Assembly (NCBI GenBank): GCA_023442465.1
Contig: JAEZZQ010000050.1
Coordinates: 14,843-78,842 of the forward strand
DNA from: Bacillota bacterium
GTDB lineage: Bacteria; Bacillota; Clostridia; Lachnospirales; Lachnospiraceae
Direction: 5' to 3'
DNA length: 64,000 bases
The notes under the pieces are model-generated. The model had not been told where the DNA came from. It saw only the letters and a program-made list of their open reading frames with translations, and did not search any database. Each line of letters starts with the position of its first letter. Within the stretch, counting starts at the first letter, position 1. The position numbers were made by a program, and so were the translations under genes. Positions 57,678 to 64,000 of this stretch are shown here, piece after piece.

Positions 57678-57798
57678 TCTTTAGTTAAGAAAGTTTATTG
57701 AAACTGCGTGTTAAGAACATTTTTAAGAGGTTCTTATTAAATAAAATATTTATTTAGGTATAAGAGGTAAATTTGCAAGAAGATAAGGGAGAATGAAA

Positions 57799-58926
57799 AT
57801 GGCTACAAATTCAAAGAAGAGCAGAAACAGTGAAAGCGTTAAGGCTTCAGGAAATAGTAAGGGAAAGAAGATGTCCGCGAAGGAAAGGGAGAAGAAAAAG
57901 AGGAAAAAGATTCTTCTTTTTATCGTGGAGATATTCGTATTGCTCATTATGGTCGTAGTTCTGTACGGTGTGCTTAAGGGGGAAAAGGTCGGTAAGGTAG
58001 AACTGAATGAGGACGAATTAGTTATTAATGAGGAAGTAAAGCAACGGGAAGAGACGACAAACATGAAGGGCTACCGAAATATTGCCTTGTTCGGCGTGGA
58101 TTCCACGACGGGAGCTTTGACGAAGAATACGCGAAGCGATACAATTATGATTGCCTCCATCAATCAGGATACGGGAGATTGCAAGCTGGTTTCCGTATAC
58201 CGCGATACCTATCTGAATCTGAGTAACGATACTTATAATAAATGTAACTCCGCTTACGCGAAGGGCGGCCCGGAGATGGCTATCAATATGTTGAACATGA
58301 ATATGGATATGAATATTACAGACTTCGTAACGGTAGGCTTTGCAGGACTGACGGATACCATTGATGCGCTGGGCGGCATTATGGTCGATGTAGACAGTGC
58401 GGAAATCCATCATTTGAACAGTTATCAGTTTACGATGGCAGAGGATTTGAAGCGCCCTTATAACGAAGTGACGCAGACGGGGTATCAGCTCCTCAACGGC
58501 CTTCAGGCTACGGCATACTGCCGTATCCGTTATACGGCAGGAGATGACTTCAAGAGGGCAGAGCGCCAGAGAGAAGTATTGATGGCGGTTGCGGACAAAG
58601 CGAAGACCGCTTCGCCGGCAACCCTGAATGAGATTGCCAACGATGTATTCAGCGAGGTTTATACCTCCCTCGACTTGACGGAAATTGTAGAACTGCTGGG
58701 TGGTATTAGTAAATACAACATCGTGGACCAGACCGGATTCCCCAACGAGCAGTACAGGGCTACGGGAACTATCGGTTCAAAGGGAAGCTGTGTTATCCCT
58801 GTAGATTTGAAGGAAAATGTGGAGTGGCTGCATCAATTCTTATTCGATGAGACATACACCGTATCTTCGGACGTACAGACATACAGCGATAAGATAAAGA
58901 GCGATACGGGTTCATATATTAGGTAG
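57799..58926 (+). CDS. LCP (LytR-CpsA-Psr) family glycopolymer-peptidoglycan ligase
   Basis: Basic N-tail, TM helix, and the RSDTIMIASIN and YCRIRY segments. AAGGGAG lies 7 nt upstream of ATG 57799. Confidence 0.85.
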   Translation: MATNSKKSRNSESVKASGNSKGKKMSAKEREKKKRKKILLFIVEIFVLLIMVVVLYGVLKGEKVGKVELNEDELVINEEVKQREETTNMKGYRNIALFGVDSTTGALTKNTRSDTIMIASINQDTGDCKLVSVYRDTYLNLSNDTYNKCNSAYAKGGPEMAINMLNMNMDMNITDFVTVGFAGLTDTIDALGGIMVDVDSAEIHHLNSYQFTMAEDLKRPYNEVTQTGYQLLNGLQATAYCRIRYTAGDDFKRAERQREVLMAVADKAKTASPATLNEIANDVFSEVYTSLDLTEIVELLGGISKYNIVDQTGFPNEQYRATGTIGSKGSCVIPVDLKENVEWLHQFLFDETYTVSSDVQTYSDKIKSDTGSYIR

Positions 58927-58963
58927 TTATGGATATTTAAATGATAGAATAGTATAATAAACA

Positions 58964-59000
58964 AAAAAGGGCCTGAGAATAAGAACAGGTCCTTTTTATT
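58964..59000 (+). terminator. Rho-independent terminator after the LCP gene
   Basis: AAAAAGGGCCTG / CAGGTCCTTTTT stem (one mismatch) with a T-rich tail. Confidence 0.65.
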
Positions 59001-59037
59001 AAAATCAAGAAATCATCAAATGGCGAGAGGGAGACGA

Positions 59038-60000
59038 ATGAAAGAAATTGATGTAATTATTCCTGTGTATAAGCCGGATAAAACATTTTTTACGTTAATA
59101 GAAAAGCTGGAGAAACAGACGGTTCCGATAAGAAAGATAATTGTAATGAATACGGAGCAAAAGTATTTTGACAGACTGATATATGGTACTCCTTTTGCTG
59201 AAAAATACACGAATGTTCATGTAACTCATTTATCCAAAAGAGAGTTCAATCATGGAGATACGAGAAATCGCGGTGTGAAAAGGTCACAGGCTCCTATTTT
59301 TGTTATGATGACTCAGGATGCTCTTCCGGAGGACGAATATCTGCTGGAGGATCTCATCCGCCCTCTGGAAAAAGAGGGAACGGCAGTTTCCTATGCCAGA
59401 CAGCTTCCTGCAAAGGATTGCAATGAGATGGAGCGCTTCATCAGGGCCTTTAACTATCCGGAGACCAGTGTGGAAAAGTCTGCGGCGGATGTAGAGAGAC
59501 TGGGGATAAAAGCATATTTCTGTTCGAACGCATGCGCGGCATACAAGAGAGATATCTTCGATTCCCTGGGAGAATTTGTCCGATATACGATTTTCAACGA
59601 GGATATGCTATATGCAGCCAAGGCTATAAAGGCAGGATACTCTGTGGCATACGCTGCGCAGGCGAGAGTGATTCACTCTCATAACTATACGGGCAGGCAG
59701 CAGTTTCACAGAAATTTCGATTTGGGCGTATCTCAGGCGCAGCACCCGGAGGTGTTTGAAGGGATAACATCCGAAAAAGAGGGATTCGCTCTTGTAAAGA
59801 AAATGACCAGACATTTGTGGCAAGAGGGCTATAGGAGCCAGATTCCTATGTTTTACTTTAACAGCGCATGCCGCTATGCCGGTTTTGCCCTTGGAAAGAA
59901 TTACCGCAAGCTTCCGGCGAAGCTTATCTTAAAGTTTACGATGAACAAGGAATATTGGGAGCAGGAGAAACGGATAAAATCCAGTAAAAATTTTAGATGA
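59038..60000 (+). CDS. GT2 glycosyltransferase (rhamnosyltransferase-like)
   Basis: IDVIIPVYKPDKTF and MTQDALP motifs. The RBS GAGGGAGA is present. Confidence 0.8.
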   Translation: MKEIDVIIPVYKPDKTFFTLIEKLEKQTVPIRKIIVMNTEQKYFDRLIYGTPFAEKYTNVHVTHLSKREFNHGDTRNRGVKRSQAPIFVMMTQDALPEDEYLLEDLIRPLEKEGTAVSYARQLPAKDCNEMERFIRAFNYPETSVEKSAADVERLGIKAYFCSNACAAYKRDIFDSLGEFVRYTIFNEDMLYAAKAIKAGYSVAYAAQARVIHSHNYTGRQQFHRNFDLGVSQAQHPEVFEGITSEKEGFALVKKMTRHLWQEGYRSQIPMFYFNSACRYAGFALGKNYRKLPAKLILKFTMNKEYWEQEKRIKSSKNFR

Positions 60001-60101
60001 TAAAAAAATCGTTAACAAAAAACGCATATTTTTATCACAAAAAGAACACAATTCCCGCATATACTGAGTTCAAAGATTAGGAAAGGAAAGAGGGAATTGT
60101 T

Positions 60102-61658
60102 ATGTATGAGAATAATTATCCGAATGATTACGAAAACAAGAATGTAGTTGATAGTACGGCAAGGGACTTTTCATCCGGCAACGGCAATTTCAGCGGACAG
60201 AGCACAGGCAATTATAGCACAGGCTATAATAATACAAATACTTCCGGTTATGGCAACGGCAGCTATCGTTATGGCAATAACTATAATTATATGGAGAACG
60301 CTTATCGTCAGGGAAATGGCGCAGGAGACGGAGGAAATCATCAGTCGGGGAAAGAGAAGAAGGAAAAGAAGGGCGGAGGCTACTTGAAAAAGGCGGCAGC
60401 AGCCATAGGGCTTGGACTATTCTTCGGAGTTTGTGCAGGGTTGGGCTTCTTCGCGGTGGAATCCACTACGGGAGCACTTACCAAATCTACGGTAACGGCA
60501 GCTTCGGAAGCGATAGAGTCGGCGAAGGACACCGCAAACATCATTGCCGAGACGGCAAAAAGCATCGATACTACGCAGCCGGCGACAGCCATAGTTACGG
60601 ATGTCAGCGATGTGGCGAAGAATGTTATGCCGGCAATCGTTTCCATTAACAATACTTATACCGAGACGATGACTACCTTTTTCGGTCAGTCCATGCAGAG
60701 TGAAGCTACGGCAGCAGGCTCGGGTATTATCGTAGGAGAAAGTGATACGGAGCTTCTCATCGTATCTAACTATCATGTAGTGGAAGGCGCAGACACGCTT
60801 AAAGTACAGTTTGTCGACGGATCCGAAGCAGAAGCTCAGATAAAAGGAACTGATGCGGATATGGATTTGGCGGTCATAGCAGTGCCTTTGGAGAGCCTTG
60901 GTGCGGCCACAAAGGACGCCATTGCGGTTGCAGCTCTGGGTGATTCCGACAGCCTTATCGTAGGAGAACCGGCAATAGCTATCGGCAATGCTCTGGGCTA
61001 CGGACAATCTGTAACGTTAGGAGTAATCAGTGCAGTGAACAGAGTCATTGATTTGTCCAGCGCAAGCGGTAGTTCTTCCGAGTCAGATGCTACTTTTATA
61101 CAGACGGATGCAGCGATAAACCCCGGTAATTCAGGCGGAGCTTTGCTCAACTTAAAAGGCGAGGTAATCGGTATCAACTCTAATAAAATCGGCGGTGATG
61201 CGATAGAAGGTATGGGCTATGCAATTCCCATTTCAGCTGCAAAACCGATTATTGAAGACTTGATGTTAAGAGAGACGAGAACAAAGGTAACGCAAGAAAA
61301 CAAGGGCTATCTCGGCCTCTCCCCCCTTACCGTAGTGGATGAAATGGCAGAGACTTACGGTATGCCTAAGGGTGTATATGTATCTCAGGTATATGAAGGA
61401 ACCGCAGCAGAGGCGGCAGGAATCAAGAAGGGCAATATCATTACGGAATTCGACGGCAATAAAGTGACCACAGCGGAAGACCTCTTGAGTGTTATGGAAT
61501 ATTATTCCGTAGGAGATACTGTCGATGTAACGATTATGCAGGGCAGCCCCACCGGCTGGGAAAGCAAGACCGTTACCGTGACTCTCGGTGAAAAATATGC
61601 GGGTTATGATACAAATAGCAATAATACAGACAGTAATGATACAAACGATAATGAATAA
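60102..61658 (+). CDS. HtrA/DegP-family serine protease with a PDZ domain and an N/G/Y-rich N-terminal tail
   Basis: Catalytic triad contexts NYHVVEG, DMDLAVI and GNSGGALLN. There is a TM segment and a C-terminal PDZ domain. Confidence 0.85.
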   Translation: MYENNYPNDYENKNVVDSTARDFSSGNGNFSGQSTGNYSTGYNNTNTSGYGNGSYRYGNNYNYMENAYRQGNGAGDGGNHQSGKEKKEKKGGGYLKKAAAAIGLGLFFGVCAGLGFFAVESTTGALTKSTVTAASEAIESAKDTANIIAETAKSIDTTQPATAIVTDVSDVAKNVMPAIVSINNTYTETMTTFFGQSMQSEATAAGSGIIVGESDTELLIVSNYHVVEGADTLKVQFVDGSEAEAQIKGTDADMDLAVIAVPLESLGAATKDAIAVAALGDSDSLIVGEPAIAIGNALGYGQSVTLGVISAVNRVIDLSSASGSSSESDATFIQTDAAINPGNSGGALLNLKGEVIGINSNKIGGDAIEGMGYAIPISAAKPIIEDLMLRETRTKVTQENKGYLGLSPLTVVDEMAETYGMPKGVYVSQVYEGTAAEAAGIKKGNIITEFDGNKVTTAEDLLSVMEYYSVGDTVDVTIMQGSPTGWESKTVTVTLGEKYAGYDTNSNNTDSNDTNDNE

Positions 61659-61669
61659 AGAGCGGATGA

Positions 61670-61700
61670 AGCGGCTATTTTTAAAATAGCTGCTTTTTTC
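61670..61700 (+). terminator. Rho-independent terminator after the HtrA-family gene
   Basis: AGCGGCTATTTT / AAAATAGCTGCT stem followed by TTTTTT. Confidence 0.7.
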
Positions 61701-61856
61701 TAATATATTTATAAAATAACTGAGGGGCAATTTAGAAAATGTTAACTTGTACAACATTTATGGATGCCGTATAATAAAAATCAGTAAATTCAATGCACAA
61801 CTATAGTACACTATATTTGTGCCGATAAATGAAGTATAAGGAGCGAAGGAATTAAA

Positions 61857-63449
61857 ATGAGCGATTTTGATAATAAAGATTATGAGGAAGAAGAAAGAGA
61901 AGAATTAAAGGGAGATATGAAAGAATTTTCTAATGAAGGGTCAGAAGGAAGTACCGGAAAGAACGGCTCTGAAATGGGAGATGACGGCGCTTTGGAGGAA
62001 ATGAAAACCGAAGGGAAAAAGCCTGATGGGAAAAAAGAAAACGAATATGAGGACGTCTGCTTCATCTGCCGCAGACCGGAGAGCAAGACGGGTAAGATGT
62101 TCAAGCTGCCCAACAACATATCCGTATGCAATGATTGCATGCACAAGACGATGGATACGGTCAGCCAGTTCGATTATCAGGGCATGCTGAACAATACCAA
62201 CCTAAACGGGGACTGGGACAAGATAAACAAGGGAAAGGGAATTCCTAATATCAGTTTTGTGAATCTGGCGGATTTGCAGGGAGACGGCGGTATTCCCAAC
62301 AAGCAGAAGCTGAAAAAGAAGAAGCCGGGAGAAGGTGCAGCGCCGGTACTTGACATTAAAAATATCCCTGCACCCCATAAAATAAAGGCGCAGCTTGACG
62401 AATACGTGGTGGGACAGGAAAAGGCGAAGAAGATTATTTCTGTCGCGGTATATAATCATTACAAACGCGTTTTTACAGGAACAATGGATGAAATTGAAAT
62501 CGAGAAATCCAACATTCTTATGCTCGGCCCTACGGGAAGCGGTAAGACGTATCTCGTTAAGAATTTAGCGAGGCTGCTTGACGTGCCGTTAGCGATAACA
62601 GATGCCACTTCTCTTACGGAGGCGGGCTATATCGGAGATGATATCGAAAGCGTTGCTTCCAAGCTGCTTGCAGCGGCGGACAACGATGTGGAGAGAGCGG
62701 AAAGAGGCATTATATTCATCGATGAAATCGATAAGATAGCCAAGAAGAAAAATACCACCTCCAGAGATGTCAGCGGAGAATCGGTGCAGCAGGGAATGCT
62801 GAAGCTGCTGGAAGGGGCGGAGATAGAGGTGCCGGTAGGAGCTAACAGCAAGAATGCCATGGTCCCTCTTACTACGATGAACACGAAGAACATTCTGTTC
62901 ATTTGCGGGGGTGCCTTTCCTGATTTGGAGGAAATTATAAAGCAGCGACTGAACAAAAGGACCTCTATCGGATATACGGCAGAGCTTAAGGATAAATACG
63001 ATAAGGACAAGAATATTTTGAGCAAAGTGACGGTGGAGGATATCAAGAAATTCGGCATGATTCCCGAGTTTATCGGACGTTTGCCGATTATCTGCACCTT
63101 GGAGGGCTTGTCTAAAGAGATGCTCGTTAAAATCCTTAAGGAGCCCAAAAATGCCATTCTTAAGCAGTACCAAAAGCTGCTGGAGCTGGACGAGGTCAAG
63201 CTGGAATTCGACGAGGGTGCTTTGGAGGCGATTGCAGAAAAAGCGATGGAAAAGGATACCGGAGCCAGGGCACTTCGTGCCATTATCGAGGATTTCATGT
63301 TGGATATCATGTATGAGATTCCTAAGGACGACAATATCGGACGGGTAACGATTACGAGGGAATATATAGAAAATACTGGAGGGCCGATTATCGATATCCG
63401 CAGCAATTCTCTCGAGCTGCCGGATAATCTTAACGTAATTGAGCAGTAG
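61857..63449 (+). CDS. clpX: ATP-dependent Clp protease ATP-binding subunit ClpX with an acidic N-terminal extension
   Basis: Zinc-binding CFIC...CNDC, Walker A GPTGSGKT, Walker B IIFIDEIDK and a ClpX-type C-terminal domain. Confidence 0.9.
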   Translation: MSDFDNKDYEEEEREELKGDMKEFSNEGSEGSTGKNGSEMGDDGALEEMKTEGKKPDGKKENEYEDVCFICRRPESKTGKMFKLPNNISVCNDCMHKTMDTVSQFDYQGMLNNTNLNGDWDKINKGKGIPNISFVNLADLQGDGGIPNKQKLKKKKPGEGAAPVLDIKNIPAPHKIKAQLDEYVVGQEKAKKIISVAVYNHYKRVFTGTMDEIEIEKSNILMLGPTGSGKTYLVKNLARLLDVPLAITDATSLTEAGYIGDDIESVASKLLAAADNDVERAERGIIFIDEIDKIAKKKNTTSRDVSGESVQQGMLKLLEGAEIEVPVGANSKNAMVPLTTMNTKNILFICGGAFPDLEEIIKQRLNKRTSIGYTAELKDKYDKDKNILSKVTVEDIKKFGMIPEFIGRLPIICTLEGLSKEMLVKILKEPKNAILKQYQKLLELDEVKLEFDEGALEAIAEKAMEKDTGARALRAIIEDFMLDIMYEIPKDDNIGRVTITREYIENTGGPIIDIRSNSLELPDNLNVIEQ

Positions 63450-63485
63450 GTCATATAATAGTAAAAAAATGAAGAGTAAGTATAT

Positions 63486-64000
63486 ATGGCCTGCAGAGAA
63501 CAGATGTTGTCTAATGATTATATGGAAATCCTGCTGGATTATACATCGCCTTATATAGATGAACTATATCCGGAGAATTGCATTGAAGTGATCGATGATG
63601 AGTTCATCATAGTACTCGTGGAAAGAAGTCTGCTCCCGCCTATCAGCATATCTACCTTTACCTATACCTCGATTTCGAAGTTGTATGGGCTTATGCAGGA
63701 GAATGTTACTCCGGCACAGGGTAATTTTGATCCTCTGAGCTTAATTCGGACGGGAATTCTGCAGGTGCAGCGGCCGCCTTTGTCTCTGACCGGAAGGGGT
63801 GTCATTATCGGCTTTGTAGATACCGGCATACAGTATGACCTGCAGGTATTCCGCAGAGAAGACGGCACCTCCAGGATTCTGGCGATATGGGATCAGACGA
63901 TTCAGGATGGTACTCCGCCTGAAGGTTTTTCCTACGGCACGCTGTATACCAACGAGCAGATAAACGAAGCGCTGCAAAGCGACGACCCGTTATCCATAGT
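63486..64000 (+). CDS. 5' part of an S8 (subtilisin-like) peptidase gene that runs off the window
   Basis: By manual translation the frame is open from ATG 63486 to the window end. It contains the catalytic-Asp motif GRGVIIGFVDTGI. It is absent from the supplied ORF track. Confidence 0.6.
   Translation, partial: MACREQMLSNDYMEILLDYTSPYIDELYPENCIEVIDDEFIIVLVERSLLPPISISTFTYTSISKLYGLMQENVTPAQGNFDPLSLIRTGILQVQRPPLSLTGRGVIIGFVDTGIQYDLQVFRREDGTSRILAIWDQTIQDGTPPEGFSYGTLYTNEQINEALQSDDPLSI

Noticed and set aside
1-64000. Prophage, integrative element, toxin-antitoxin, restriction-modification or other known defence genes; rRNA or tRNA genes
   Set aside because: No integrase, transposase, capsid, terminase, nuclease-methylase pair, cas, reverse transcriptase or small paired toxin-antitoxin ORFs were recognised. 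No rRNA-like or cloverleaf-like sequence was noticed in the intergenic regions. That scan was by eye only and is not exhaustive.

Overview
The window looks like cell-envelope glycopolymer loci from a moderate-GC Firmicute of clostridial type. That taxon call is inferred from gene content: an ECF transporter, an LCP ligase, GH25 muramidases with choline-binding-type repeats, and dense GGAGG-type ribosome-binding sites. No homology search was run. All family names come from motifs read in the translated ORFs.

Gene content, left to right:
- 1-21.9 kb: a glycopolymer modification region. It holds two MBOAT O-acyltransferases, a DltD-like protein, two SGNH lipoproteins, an FkbH-like HAD-IIIC enzyme, a small acyl carrier protein, a VOC/epimerase-like protein, a membrane-anchored GT2, four large polytopic membrane proteins, a radical SAM/SPASM enzyme and a flavoprotein.
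- 22.4-26.3 kb: a nucleoside phosphorylase followed by a four-gene ECF transporter.
- 26.4-33.6 kb: a PadR regulator with a small partner protein, two membrane proteins, a third MBOAT with its own DltD-like partner, and a divergent SGNH-like protein.
- 34.4-60 kb: an ABC-transporter-dependent rhamnose-type polysaccharide locus. It contains rfbB, rfbA and rfbC, two GH25 muramidases, a Wzm-like permease, a Wzt-like ATPase with a C-terminal glycan-binding-type domain, a WbdD-like methyltransferase/kinase-like protein, five GT2 genes, a phosphohexomutase, a WbaP-type initiating transferase and an LCP ligase.
- 60-64 kb: HtrA, ClpX and the start of an S8 peptidase.

Main observations:
- (a) A Dlt-like acylation module in which an FkbH-like enzyme plus an ACP stand where DltA and DltC would be.
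- (b) Two related MITE-like intergenic repeat families. Three copies carry perfect 7-bp target-site duplications. A 3' hairpin module recurs about 30 nt upstream of five start codons.
- (c) A roughly 330-bp near-perfect palindrome with a GC-rich core at 46.5-46.8 kb.
- (d) Directly after that palindrome, a C-poor degenerate tandem array that resembles the 5' coding sequence of the next glycosyltransferase gene.

I recognised no rRNA, tRNA, CRISPR array, transposase, integrase or known defence gene.
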